A stretch of 63,447 nt of DNA, counting the filler, from Octopus bimaculoides (taxonomy: Eukaryota), in the NCBI RefSeq assembly GCF_001194135.2. It is 4 parts of 3 records of this genome, joined end to end, with 100 filler letters (N's around TTAATTAATTAA, not from the genome) between each part and the next. Parts side by side here need not be neighbours in the genome. Positions count along the whole stretch, not along the records: positions 30,971 to 45,758 come from NC_068981.1; positions 45,859 to 61,206 come from NC_068986.1; 2 more parts are not named here. One strand, written 5' to 3'. The translations under genes and the position numbers were made by a program. The notes beneath the pieces are model-generated. The model was not told the origin of the DNA. It did no database searches and was given only the letters and a program-made list of their open reading frames with translations. Position 1 is the first letter of the stretch. The number at the start of each line of letters is the position of its first letter. Below are positions 39,893-52,286 of the stretch, one piece after another.

Positions 39893-40409
39893 NNNNNNNN
39901 NNNNNNNNNNNNNNNNNNNNNNNNNNNNNNNNNNNNNNNNNNNNNNNNNNNNNNNNNNNNNNNNNNNNNNNNNNNNNNNNNNNNNNNNNNNNNNNNNNNN
40001 NNNNNNNNNNNNNNNNNNNNNNNNNNNNNNNNNNNNNNNNNNNNNNNNNNNNNNNNNNNNNNNNNNNNNNNNNNNNNNNNNNNNNNNNNNNNNNNNNNNN
40101 NNNNNNNNNNNNNNNNNNNNNNNNNNNNNNNNNNNNNNNNNNNNNNNNNNNNNNNNNNNNNNNNNNNNNNNNNNNNNNNNNNNNNNNNNNNNNNNNNNNN
40201 NNNNNNNNNNNNNNNNNNNNNNNNNNNNNNNNNNNNNNNNNNNNNNNNNNNNNNNNNNNNNNNNNNNNNNNNNNNNNNNNNNNNNNNNNNNNNNNNNNNN
40301 NNNNNNNNNNNNNNNNNNTATATATAGTTGACTTTTATAGGAAAACAAATGACGAAGACACGTGTATGAACAAAAAGCAAGTGTATTAGTTTGACGCTCG
40401 GGAAAAATG

Positions 40410-40447
40410 TCTTTTACATTTCGAGCCTACGCTCTTCAACAGAAAGG
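40410..40447 (-). ncRNA. minimal hammerhead-like motif, family B
   Basis: Reverse complement CCUUU-CUGUUGA-A-GAGC[GUAG]GCUC-GAAA-UG-U-A-AAAGA. The host repeat is about 40320-40490. Confidence 0.62.
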
Positions 40448-40599
40448 AACAAGTGAAAATAAATAGAGAGAGAATGAAAAAAATTATGGAGTTCAGCGCT
40501 CCAACACGGCGAATGTATGTATGTACGTACTTGGGAGAAGCTCATAGTACAGAATTCCTTTCCAATCCCACCAGACACAAAGAAAGACTTTTTTAGGGT

Positions 40600-41291
40600 G
40601 AAGACCCGCTATCTCTGAACATTTCGGTAGATAATCCATTTTTCTTCACCTGTTACAATTTGCTTTAAAATTGGTGCGTTTTCATTCCGTTTATAAAGCA
40701 AATCACAAATGGAAATACGATCCAAAAGGTTCTTCTTACTCAACTCATGTGGTACCCAAACATCGTAGCGATTTGTGTACCCAAGCTTTACCAGGTGCTC
40801 ACGAACGACGGATTTTGATAGGTTGAGACTTTCTGCCAATTCTCAGGTTGTGCAATGTAGGTTATTCTCGAGTAATGACTTGATTTGGTCATTATCTGTA
40901 ATGGATGGTCTGCCTGATTGCTCTTTATCAATAAGGCTACCTACAATCTCCAGCTCGGAACCTTGCGAACCACTTCCGAACAGTTCTTTCGTATAAAGAA
41001 ACATCACCGTAAACTGCGCATATTTCTTTTGTTGCTTGTGAGGCATATTTCCGTTTACGGAAAAAGAAAAGCATCAAGTGGTGAAAATGAATTTTCTCAT
41101 CTTCCATTTTAAAGGGTTACAGGACTAACACAGGTTATAGGAACATAAACCTTCTTCCACGGAGAGATAGCTTAAACTGTGCTCTAAATGGAAGTGTAGT
41201 GAAACCCTATTTTATGAACTCAACCATGTTCTAAAATAAGTCGAAATGTAAGCTACTATAAATCGGAACGAACTTTCCGGACAACCCAATA
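40600..41291 (-). mobile_element. mariner DNA transposon, 5' TIR plus N-terminal transposase, 3'-truncated
   Basis: Reverse complement TA|TTGGGTTGTCCGGAAAGTTCGTTCCG is the TIR. Peptides KIHFHHLMLFFF, ERTVRKWFARFRAG, SGRPSITDNDQIK, LGYTNRYDVWVPHEL and KQIVTGEEKWIIYRN follow. Confidence 0.93.
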
Positions 41292-41424
41292 CTTTGTATA
41301 TGTATGTATGCATGTATGTATGCATGTATGTATGTATGTATGTATGTATGTATGTATGTATCCCTAATTCAGACATGCCTTTTCCTCCATTTTTTTTCTC
41401 TTTTCATGTTTTCTCGCTTCATTC

Positions 41425-41460
41425 CTTTTTGTAGAAGAGCGTAGGCTTGAAACGTCAAAG
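41425..41460 (+). ncRNA. hammerhead-like motif, family B, decayed core
   Basis: CUUU-UUGUAGA-A-GAGC[GUAG]GCUU-GAAA-CG-U-C-AAAG, followed by the family's downstream GAGCGTTAAACTAATAC. Confidence 0.5.
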
Positions 41461-41924
41461 TCTTCTCCCCTATTTTCTTGAGCGTTAAACTAATACTCTC
41501 TGTTTGTCGCACTTTACTTGCCTCTGTATTTTTTTGTATATTGTTTTGTAAATTTTCGAACTACATACTCACACATACGTACGCACACACCAATATAATG
41601 TGCGTGTACATATGTACCTTTATAGGCAAATGGTAGAAATGTGTAAGTTGGTTAAGGTTGATTTCACGAGTTGATTTTCATCGATATTTCATTTGTATCC
41701 TCTAGTATGCATTATCCACTTGTGTATTGCAGAAGAGTATGCACAGCATATGCATAATTACGTATACTTATAGGTATATCTACTATGGGTGTATGAAAGC
41801 GTGCTTCGTGCATATGCTAACTAATATCATGTAATGTAGTATAATTATATTTCTACTGCAGTCTGTATTCCCAGTACTTATTTCTGATATATATATATAT
41901 ATATATCATTCTCCGAACTTTCCA

Positions 41925-41960
41925 TCTTTCCGACGAAGGGCTACGCCCGAAACGTCATAC
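41925..41960 (+). ncRNA. hammerhead-like motif, family B-related variant
   Basis: UCUUU-CCGACGA-A-GGGC[UAC]GCCC-GAAA-CG-U-C-AUAC. Stem II shows a compensatory change and stem I is disrupted. The host repeat 41907-42058 is flanked by (TA)n on both sides. Confidence 0.5.
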
Positions 41961-42093
41961 ACTCTCTCTTTCCTTTCCTGAGCGTCCAATAATACTATCC
42001 ATATCACGTCCTCACTTTGTTGTTTTTTTGTTTTTTTGTTATTGTGTTTTTGAACTATATATATATATATATATACACAAACATACATGTTTG

Positions 42094-42133
<40 letters not shown>

Positions 42134-42151
42134 AACATACATGTTTGTATG

Positions 42152-42152
<1 letters not shown>

Positions 42153-42231
<79 letters not shown>
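42153..42231 (+). repeat. (CA)n microsatellite
   Basis: Direct reading. Confidence 0.95.
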
Positions 42232-42235
<4 letters not shown>

Positions 42236-43299
42236 TACAATGTCTAACTAAGAATAGCAAGGATTTTGTTCACGTCGTAAAACAGCGAATATAAATAATT
42301 TCTTTTTTATTTAGCACAATCAATATTTATATGAATGGTTTCTCCATTTAGAACACGATGTATGGACCAGCAGTATCTTGCCATTTAATTCTTTTATTGT
42401 AATTTCAAAATTTAAATATTCTTGAAAAGAATGCAGATAATGCAAATAGAGATGGGATTTTGATATCCAGATAAAATCGAATTAATAACATATACACACT
42501 CTAGGTTTTTTTTCTTTTTCTACTGTCCCCTCAGAATTTGAATACACTCAATTAATAATTTCTGCTGGTTTGCAAATGATGATTGTAAAAGCACGTTTCA
42601 TTTCGACATGTGTTTGAGAGTTAGAGTAGTTTACTTTAAACTCGCAACTTTCAATGCACAAGTGTTAAATTAATTCTAGATTCTTTTCCAAAAGAAATTA
42701 CATAATGAACAAAATTAGCTCCTCCTGTATGTTTAGAGCTTCCTGCGTTTCTTCGTCCGTACAAATATCGTAATGGGTATTTGAACGGTTGAAAGAGGCG
42801 AAAGTCGGAAGGGGTGAGATTTCGGCTCTATGCAGGATGTTCTAGCAACCCAAAACCTGACTTGGTGTTTTCAGTCTTATGGGCAGCCATACGTTAGGGT
42901 GCATTGTAGGGTGCATATTTTAAATGATAAACTTCTGGAATGTTTTACATATTTTTACAGTTCCAGTGATGGATTGGATCTGTAGCCTTCGAATTAGCTT
43001 TCTCCTTTCTGGTTTTGAGAAACCTAATTTCTCAAGATTGGTATTGAGGCATTTTTTTTACATATCCCAGGGCATGTATGTATGTATATAGGTGATGTAT
43101 TTAGGCAGTGGTGTTCGTGCTTAAATAGAAGTGGATCTGTATGGGTACACAAAAGTGCCTCCGTTCATGTAATTTATACAATGAATGCTTGGACATACTC
43201 GGGAGTTTTCAGTGGTTGAGTATGTTCAGAGTATGCATACATGAATAATGTAACGATCCAGCGAACACATGCTTTCGACTGAAGACCAGCTGGAAAATG

Positions 43300-44500
43300 A
43301 AGAAATTATGTTCTCGGTGTAGAAATATCTGCTTTGTTCTGTTGGTAACAACATGAGTAGTATAATCTGTAACATTGTTACACAGCATATATGCCGAAAG
43401 GAATGTGATTCTCTAAGGCTGTCGTTTGGAAAGTTCCCACTCTGAATACGATAAAGCGAGAAACTAGAACTCTTTACTATATTAAGAGTGAGCTATTTGT
43501 GCATGTCACTGTAACTAGCGTTTACATACGCCTGATTACATAGCAGTATACTAATCACTGCCTCCTTCTGGAGTATCTCCTCTTTCTATCTCTGTTATCG
43601 AAGGAATAATCTGTAAAAATTTGAAATGAATATAAATCTCATCTGTTATGAGTATTAGCTTTTCAAGGACGGTCTAAAACAATATGGATTCTGCAACTGT
43701 TCTACAGAATAAATAATAAAACCATTGGCTGTCGTATATGTTATCATTGGTGAGTTTGGAAGTTTAGTCTGATTCAGATTTAAGTAGACTATAAATTATA
43801 TAATTTTCAGTACAGAGGCTAGTTTTTCAGTGACAATGTATTCCATGAGTACATAAACTGCAATGCAGCACTGTATTATAAATTAGAGGAAATGAATATA
43901 GATTAAATTATTGATTTCTCTTATTGCAAGTTAATTTCAATAGTTTTCTCTATAGGCATTATAATATCTGAATGGGAAATACTATGTTGTACAATCCTCT
44001 ACAGTTATTGGGCCATTGGATGGTTCCATCATTAAATAGTATTTTCTCTGGTGGAAAGTTTTCAATAAGTTGAATTTTCATTAATATTTATTATTCATCG
44101 GTTATTATGTACGTATTGGAAAGCAAATTACCTCATGTAGTAATGATTACATGTATGCAAATGTTTGCTTATATTTATATAATGTAGCACTATTTGAACG
44201 TCACTAACATTCAGTTCTCTTTCATGGTTTTTTTTTATACTGATATTCTTAAATTTCAATATTGATTAGAATAATCTTTATTTTATATAAACAACATTGA
44301 AACTGAAATACAAATTTAACTAAAATATCTTTTGTCCTAAATTCAAGAATCCTCTATGTGTAGGTGATCGATCTAAAACAAACTTAGGAGTGTATGCCAC
44401 AATCAGATTCTGGAGAAACTATATATGTATTCTTATCACGTGCATCGTTTTGTTACATATTACAATACGTTTTGTAAAAGAACAAGTAGTTTCTTGTTTG
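43300..44500 (-). mobile_element. possible heavily decayed Penelope-like RT region
   Basis: Weak multi-frame resemblance only: CRGLYNIV (cf. SLYTNIP), NQ*FNLY, AVYVLMEYIVTEKL and NGFII (cf. DDCFII). Confidence 0.25.
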
Positions 44501-45444
44501 TTCGAAATATTTGTAATATCCTTGTACGGTAATTTGTGTAGGTGACATTGTGTGAGTTGCTACTTTTATCGTTGAATATATATATTTTAAAAAAAGTATA
44601 CATTTTCAAGTCTAGCTATCGCTATAAGTTCTGGCAAATTGAGAAGATAACAGTTTAATCCATTTTCTAAGAATTTTTATATCACTGTTCTTATCCCAAT
44701 AGAACAACATGTCCTTTTGTCTCCTAATAGCGTTATTATAATTTCGTTAAAGCAAACTTAACTTAAAAAAATGATATCTAGAACTACCATAAAAACTCCC
44801 GTAGCGGACAACTTACCGTTCTTCATTTCTTTGTCTTTTGCTGATCTATCATCAGTTCTCTCAAGGTTCTCAAACAGCACAGCGTAGAGTTTTAGCATCA
44901 TTCCTTCTTCTTCCGAAATATTTCCTTCTCACATCTCTTGGAAGATCTAATCTCACTATTTCTTATTCCATCTGTATCCTCACATGTTCTGTGCCGGCGT
45001 TCTTTCTGATACTTTTATACTTAAAGATAAATATTTGAATGTGTTTTGTAATTATTTTTTCATTTGATGGATTTTAACCCAACACTACGAGCTGACGTGA
45101 CACGCACATAATAAATGCAACACACGTTTCTTCCATTGGTAGGTTTTGCCTACTGACGGCCATATATAACGTAAATAGGCACGAGGCCAAATATACATGT
45201 TAAATATACAACCACTAGTTAAATATTTGAACAGCGGAAACAGAATATCAAGGACCGTATACTTCAATTAGTATTTGAGAATTCCATCGATTCTGACAGC
45301 TGGTTCTATCTTGTATACATACCTTCATGTTAGACATTGTACAATCTATATATGTGTAGTATATGTACATGTATACTGTGTGTGTATGTAACTATAGACG
45401 TGTGCGTTTATTACGTAATTACACACACATGCACATGTATGTAT

Positions 45445-45620
45445 ATTCTTTTATTCTTCTATTTGTTTCAGTCATTTGACTGCGGCCATACTGGAGCACC
45501 GACTTGAGTCGAACAAATCGACACCAGGATTTAAACTTTTGCTGAACCGCTAAGTTACGGGGAAGTAAGCACACCAGCATTGGTTGACAAGCGATGGTGG
45601 GAGGAGAAACACGCACGCGC
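45445..45620 (-). mobile_element. SINE family 1, 3' half
   Basis: TTCTATTTGTTTCAGTCATTTGACTGCGGCCATACTGGAGCACCG..AAATCGACACCAGG..GAACCGCTAAGTTACGGGG..TGACAAGCGATG. Confidence 0.88.
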
Positions 45621-45630
45621 ACACCTATAT

Positions 45631-45662
<32 letters not shown>

Positions 45663-45707
45663 GTATATGTATATACATATATGTATGTATATGTATGTAT
45701 ATATATA

Positions 45708-45758
<51 letters not shown>

Positions 45759-45858
45759 NNNNNNNNNNNNNNNNNNNNNNNNNNNNNNNNNNNNNNNNNN
45801 NNTTAATTAATTAANNNNNNNNNNNNNNNNNNNNNNNNNNNNNNNNNNNNNNNNNNNN
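45759..45858. other. scaffold-join spacer N44-TTAATTAATTAA-N44
   Basis: Same structure as at 30871. Confidence 0.95.
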
Positions 45859-46449
45859 ATTTTGCTGCAAACTTTTTCTTCAGTAGTCATTTTGATCTGG
45901 TTGAATGAGCTTTATAGACGGTAAGTTTATGCTCTGTACATTTTTAGTGATATAGAATCCCAAACTTTAATTATTTTTAATTCAGCAACTTATGTCTTTT
46001 AACTTTCAAATGATATCTCAAACAAAAATATTTTGAATGTTTTAATTTATTAAATGTTTTTCCCTTGAGTATGATAAATCATATGCTAGGAATTGTAGTG
46101 ATCATTTTAAATCTGGGTTTTGTCCCCATTAATGGGGGTGGCTGGATCTACCTCAATGCCATAGCAACCGAGGTAGGCAGGTGCAGCCCACCCCAAACTT
46201 TAGGTTGGCGGGTGCCCATTCTCCTTTGCTACCATGAGGCTTTTTGGAGCTGGATTTTGTATGGGGAGCATGCCCTTGCTTACCCACAACCTCAGTTTCT
46301 AGACATGAGTGGTCCCAAGACCAAAGCCTCTACTGCGATTTTTAAGAAATCTGGTGGAAAACTTACTCGGGAAGGCAGGGACACTACTCCCTGAGACCCC
46401 TTTCGGAGCACCTCTACTTATATATATATATATGTGTGTGTGTGTATGT

Positions 46450-48212
46450 TGTTGAGAATGTGCGTCTACATGTGATTCCTGAAGAACAGTATGGTTTCAG
46501 ACCTGAGCGAGGAACAATGGACATGATATTTTCTGTGAGGGAGGTTCAAGAGAAATGCTTAGAGGAGAAAATGCCACTACACCAGGTCTTCATAGATTTA
46601 ACTAAAGCATTTGACACAGTAAACAGGGAGGCACTGTGGATTGTTCTGTGTAAACTTGGTTGTCCAACACATTTTGTGAGCATTTTTAAGGAACTACACA
46701 GAAACATGAAAGCCCAGATAGTCTTTAATGGTGAGCTATCTTATGAATTTTGGGTGAACAACAGTGCCAAACAGGGAGATATTCCTGCCCCTACACTTTT
46801 CTCTATTTTGCTGCATTACTTTGGTATGCTTTTAAGGATTGTAACAGGAGAATTGGAATCAGATTTTGGACACCTGGTCATATTTTTAATTTGACCTGGT
46901 TTAACTGCAAAGCAAAGATTTTCAAAATACTTGTTAGAGAATTACTTTATGCTGATGATGCTGATTTGCTGGCACACTCAGAGAGCGACATACAACATTC
47001 AATGGACAGATTTTCCACTGCATGTGTACATTTCGGACTCACAATTAGTTTGGGGAAAACCAAAGTAATGTTTATTCCTGTGCCAGGTCAAACATATTCT
47101 GAACCAAACATTTTTGTAAACGGAACAAAGTTAGAAGTCATTAATACCTTTGTTTACCTAGGAAGCACACTGTCAAGAGATGGTAGTCTTGATGCAGAGA
47201 TATACTATCAAATAGGGAAGGGAGGTGTTGCATTTGGAAAGCTCAAATGGTGAGTATGGGCAGATAGAGGTATTTCCCTGCAGACAAAAATCAGTGTCTA
47301 TAAAGCGTGAGTATTGTCTGCACTTCTTTATTCAAGTGAGACCTGGACCACTTACAAGCGTCATTTAAAAATGCTGGAGAGATTTCATCTAAAGTGCCTC
47401 AGACATATCTTAGAAGTCAAGAATGTTTCATACTAGATACAGAGGCTTTGCGCATGGCACGTTACAGCTCAATTGAATAATATGTTATCTCAGCTCAAAA
47501 TGCGATGGACTGGACATGTTATTAGAATGAAAGATGAGCATTTACCAAAGCATCTTTTTTATGGTGAGCTCAACTCTGGTGAGCAACCACAACATAATCC
47601 GAGGAAAAGGTATAAAGACTGTGTGAAGGAAAACCTGAAGAAACTAGATATGAACAAAAGTAATTGAGAAAATAATGTTCTAGATCGGAACAAGTGGAGA
47701 GGTTCTGTTAAGACTGGCTGTCATGCCTGGGAAGAAAAGATGATTCAGCACTCTGAATTTAAAAGGGTCAGTTGCAAAGAAACAATTGAAACTGTAATCA
47801 ACAGTGAGCATTGAATATGTATTATATGTGACCGTGTTCTGTTGACAAAAGCCGGATACGTGAACCATATGAAGTCACATGAAAATCATAATGCCCAGAT
47901 ATGTAATGCTCTTGGACACCAATCACCTGTTACGACTTGTGTCAAATGTCAAAAAAACTTGTGAGACAATATCTGGACTTAAAAGACATGCTAGTTCACA
48001 AAAACATTCCTTCAGAAACAGAGTCCAAAGAGCAAAGATATAGAAGAAACTTGAATAATATCTGTCACTTGTGTTTTAAACCCTGTCAGTCATCAACTGG
48101 TCTTAAAAGTCATTTAAAGGTTCATCAATGGAGTGATTGTACTGTATGATGGGGTGTGGTATGTGTGTGCTGATGGAACAGCTATCATCTCTCAAGATGA
48201 AGCAATCATCAT
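46450..48212 (+). mobile_element. RTE (BovB-like) LINE: RT domain to 3' end, frameshifted, with C-terminal C2H2 fingers
   Basis: PEEQYGFRPERGTMDMIF..FIDLTKAFDTVNRE..KQGDIPAPTLF, ELLYADD, GLTISLGKTKVM, YLGS, LLYSSETWT, MRWTGHVIRM and PKHLFYGEL. The tail is GATGAAGCAATCATCAT. Confidence 0.95.
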
Positions 48213-48972
48213 ATATACATTATATATGTGTATGTGTGTGTGTGTGTGNNNNNNNNNNNNNNNNNNNNNNNNNNNNNNNNNNNNNNNNNNNNNNNNNNNN
48301 NNNNNNNNNNNNNNNNNNNNNNNNNNNNNNNNNNNNNNNNNNNNNNNNNNNNNNNNNNNNNNNNNNNNNNNNNNNNNNNNNNNNNNNNNNNNNNNNNNNN
48401 NNNNNNNNNNNNNNNNNNNNNNNNNNNNNNNNNNNNNNNNNNNNNNNNNNNNNNNNNNNNNNNNNNNNNNNNNNNNNNNNNNNNNNNNNNNNNNNNNNNN
48501 NNNNNNNNNNNNNNNNNNNNNNNNNNNNNNNNNNNNNNNNNNNNNNNNNNNNNNNNNNNNNNNNNNNNNNNNNNNNNNNNNNNNNNNNNNNNNNNNNNNN
48601 NNNNNNNNNNNNNNNNNNNNNNNNNNNNNNNNNNNNNNNNNNNNNNNNNNNNNNNNNNNNNNNNNNNNNNNNNNNNNNNNNNNNNNNNNNNNNNNNNNNN
48701 NNNNNNNNNNNNNNNNNNNNNNNNNNNNNNNNNNNNNNNNNNNNNNNNNNNNNNNNNNNNNNNNNNNNNNNNNNNNNNNNNNNNNNNNNNNNNNNNNNNN
48801 NNNNNNNNNNNNNNNNNNNNNNNNNNNNNNNNNNNNNNNNNNNNNNNNNNNNNNNNNNNNNNNNNNNNNNNNNNNNNNNNTTCAAATAGGGACAACTCAT
48901 CACCACCAACTCAACACCAGGACAAACTCAGCACCAAGAAAACTGATTAATAAAAAATTATTCGTTTTATAA

Positions 48973-49131
48973 CATTATCAGAAATTTATAAAAAGATTAA
49001 TCTTAATACATGGCTTGAATTAAAAAAAAGCAGAACTTTTAAAATTCGAAGCATTATCAGAAATTTATAGAAAGATTAATCTTAATACAAGACTTGAATA
49101 AAAAAAAAAAAGCAAAACTTTTAGAATTCAA
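48973..49131 (+). repeat. 79-bp tandem duplication (2 diverged copies)
   Basis: CATTATCAGAAATTTATA.AAAGATTAATCTTAATACA.. starts at 48973 and again at 49052. Confidence 0.85.
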
Positions 49132-50207
49132 ATAAAAGTAATTTATAGAGGATATATAGCTTATTTCTCCTTTTTCGAAATCAGCGACAGTTTGTTGTTG
49201 GAAAAATCATATAGTATTTTGCAAGTGGAATGAATCTTCATAATTAGCTGATGATTATCACATATTGAAGATGGGTAACTACCCAGAAACTCAGCTCTGT
49301 GTATATCACATAAAGCTAGAGATGGGAGTGATGATCTCCCCCCACAAATACTAATTGGACACAGACAGTGTGTCATTAGCCAGCTGGAAGAGATGTCTTC
49401 TTGGCACTAAAAACAACAGTAACATCGTCCCCTAAGGGATCACCACATTTAGTTGGCAAATATATTTTACAATAAAGGATATAAGTGTGTGCCTGCGCGC
49501 GCGTGTGCGTGTGTGTGTGTGCATTCTGGAACAATGGTTTGTTTGCTTCACGGTTGGCCCAACCTTCTTCAACTTAGCAGTTTGTCCCAGTAATTTATTG
49601 GTCATAACAGCCTATTTAACTTGTGTCAAAGGTATTTAGATTGCTCTAAACCATTCAAAGCAGGAATACCAAGAAATCATACTTTTCTACCAATGTTGGT
49701 AGGCACGGCTCTTGAGATCGGTATTAAGACGTTGAAATTTTTGATAGTTAGGTTCGTGAATATATATTTAAATTTTTCATCACACCCAAAATAGAAATTC
49801 TTAGCCAAAGAGGAAAAGAAAAAACTGCAGGTGGCTGCGGAGGTGATTGATAAAAGAATATTGGTGATTATCAAGGAGACCTTCACCGGAAATTTGTATT
49901 CCTTCCCCCTCCAATGATGCAGGCTTGCCTGCAGAAAGCGGAGTACCTGTTGGAGATCTCGGACGAGGAAGATTGACTGATTTATATATGATAATATATT
50001 ACATTGCTTTTGATATATTGATTGATTGATGTAATTTTTGTATCAAAGAAACTGAATTCAAGGAGTTATCGGTCGGCGGGCGCCAGTACCCCTCCCATTT
50101 GTATTCACTGTTGTCATTATCATCCTCATCTCATTAATGTATCTGTCCAGCCTGCAGCTACTCTACTCTATGTAATGCTGTATTGCAAATTATATGAAAT
50201 AAAGTAG

Positions 50208-51366
50208 CTTGCTTCCCTCACTGCTAGTTAGACGTGTCTTTCTTTGCGGTAAGAGTTTTTTGCAGTTGCTGTTGTTATTGCTTCATTGTTACTGTTTCAT
50301 TGTTATTACCTTGGATTACCGTTGGATTTGTTACCGAACAAGGATTTATTTTTGAATGTTGTTGAACTGTTTTAATCCCCGGTTTTACTGGGGAATAATC
50401 TAATAATTCGTAAAAATTATTGAACTTTGGCCATTGTGGCTTTTTTTGTGAATAACTTTTTTTGGAATTGTAAATAGTCTTTTTAGACTATCTTTTGTGC
50501 CCCTCCCCCTAACAGGGTGGGATTTGAACTTTGTTATAAACCGATAATTTAAAAAATTACTGTCCTCTTTGAGAGGAAAACTTTTTATAGGTTTCCCAGT
50601 TTTGTGGGAAACCAATTTATTTAATTTATTCAATTATTTGTATATTGTTATTAATTTCAACCATGTCAGTTGAAATTATACAGGAGAAATGTGCTCTTGT
50701 AGAGAGCAATGTTGATGTTGGCAGTCATGCCAACAATGAAAAAATGTTTTCGGCGGTTGCCACAGTAGCAACCGAAAACATTGATATTCCTGTATGTGTG
50801 CAACAGGAATATTTTAAAAGAATGAAAAAAGAAGGAGGTGATGTCATAGTATCACCTTCATCAACTGTGATGGAAACCAAGAGGTTTAAACACTTCGAAA
50901 AAGAGAAAATTGAGAAGTGCCTGTCCCTGATATGGAAGGATATAGTGTACATTACAAGGGGTCAGGCATATGGTTCAGTTGAGGTTCGCTTCTCACGGGA
51001 AGAGGTAGCCCGTGGGCATTCCGTATGTCCCCTGAAGTCAAAAGAAGTGGTACTTCTACCAATATATATGGGAAGAAGAACGTCCCGAGTGAGAATCAAC
51101 AAAGTACCACCTGACGTGGACCCAAAAGTAGTGGCCGCCCTGTTGTTTGACAGGGCAGACCAAATAAAAATATTACAAACCACACGATATACACGTGATG
51201 GTTGCTACAGAGACCAAGCTGGACAGTCTACAAACCTTCTTGCCTCTCCTGAATGGCTACAAGAAAATCATGTCTCCTGGCCAGACCGGAGGACGAGGAG
51301 GTGTAGTGGTACTGATCCATAAAGGCTTGGCTCTGTATGCAAGTACAATCTATGTGGACCCTGAAG
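50208..51366 (+). mobile_element. L1/Tx1-like LINE 5' part: UTR, ORF1 fragment joined by deletion to an ORF2 APE-endonuclease fragment
   Basis: ORF 50645-51322 has an RRM-like ..GRRTSRVRINKVPPDV. From about 51182 another frame reads DIHVMVATETKL..GYKKIMSPGQTGGRGGVVVLIHKGL..VDPE (APE motifs ETK, GGV). Confidence 0.65.
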
Positions 51367-51729
51367 AACTGTCCGATAATGCTCCTTAGGAATTTCAATC
51401 CAGCTAATGGACACTGCAACAGAACAAGGTAACAGAACTAAATTCCAATGTTATCAAAACAGTGATTGCGGCTGGCCCCTACAATCGTAAATGCCTGTTC
51501 ATTCCACAGATACCCCTTAAGATGCAGGCAGTTTCCTATAAGACTGGCATTCTCATTCACAGCAAACAAGGCACAGGGCCAGTCTTTAGATCATGTAGGT
51601 GTATTTTTACCCACTCTGATGTTTACACACAGCCAGTTATACGTTGCTATGAGTAGAGCAATGGACTCCAGTAATTTGAAATTTAGTGTCAAACAAACAG
51701 AAAATATTGTCTACAAAGAAGTTTTGTAA
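51367..51729 (+). mobile_element. Helitron RepHel Pif1-helicase C-terminus, frameshifted
   Basis: CPIMLLRNFNPANGHCNRTR*, NVIKTVIAAGPYNRKCLFIPQIPL, and RCRQFPIRLAFSFTANKAQGQSLDHVGVFL..FTHSQLYVAMSRA..TENIVYKEVL*. Confidence 0.93.
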
Positions 51730-51916
51730 TCACATTGATATTATCGAAAAGAATATGATTCATAGTTTAAATAAAGAAATTTGTGAACATTGAATGTATA
51801 AGAGTATAAACAAGCGTAAAATAGTGTAAACAACTAAAAGAGTGTAAACAACATAAGACTTCCAGTTTCATTGAAGAAAGACGTGTTTTTTCGTTCTCCT
51901 GAAACAACCAAAAAGG

Positions 51917-52286
51917 GATTGCATAAATCGACAAAATAAATCTGCTAAAACTGACAAAAACGTAATACTTGTTATTTCATAATGGTCTACTATAATATAT
52001 TGATTAAAAAAACGTAATATATTACACTAAAAGTTTAATATAGTACATTAAAGTCAGTGACGCAAGCTAGAGTTATCATCTAAAAACCACGTGGTTACAA
52101 GAGATTGCCTAAATCAATAAAAAAATCTGCTGAAACTGACAAAAACATAGTACTTGTTATTTCATAACAGTCTACCATAATATATTGATTAAAAAAAAAT
52201 GTAATATATTACACTAAATATTTAATATAGTACATAAAGTCAGTGACACAAGCTAGAGTTATAGTCAAAAACCACGTGGTTACAAG
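51917..52286 (+). repeat. 186-bp tandem repeat (2 copies) downstream of the Helitron ORF
   Basis: GATTGC.TAAATC..AAATCTGCT.AAACTGACAAAAAC..AAAACCACGTGGTTACAAG starts at 51917 and 52103. Confidence 0.9.

Noticed and set aside
46130-46200. GC-rich nested hairpin upstream of the RTE, considered as an HDV-like ribozyme (known in RTE 5' UTRs)
   Set aside because: Only about 11 nt lie between the inner hairpin and the P1 partner, too few for P2/P3/L3. Linkage to the RTE is also broken by a microsatellite. An Infernal HDV scan would settle it.
3405-48972. Dozens of ORFs made of HT/CV/YI/LS repeats or X runs
   Set aside because: They are translations of (CA)n, (TG)n, (TA)n, (CT)n or (TCTA)n and of N gaps, with no coding signal.
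49690-50207. Plus-strand frame FLPMLVGTALEIG.. followed by a UTR ending in AATAAA, possibly an REL-LINE 3' end
   Set aside because: Similarity to the REL motif is too weak to assign.
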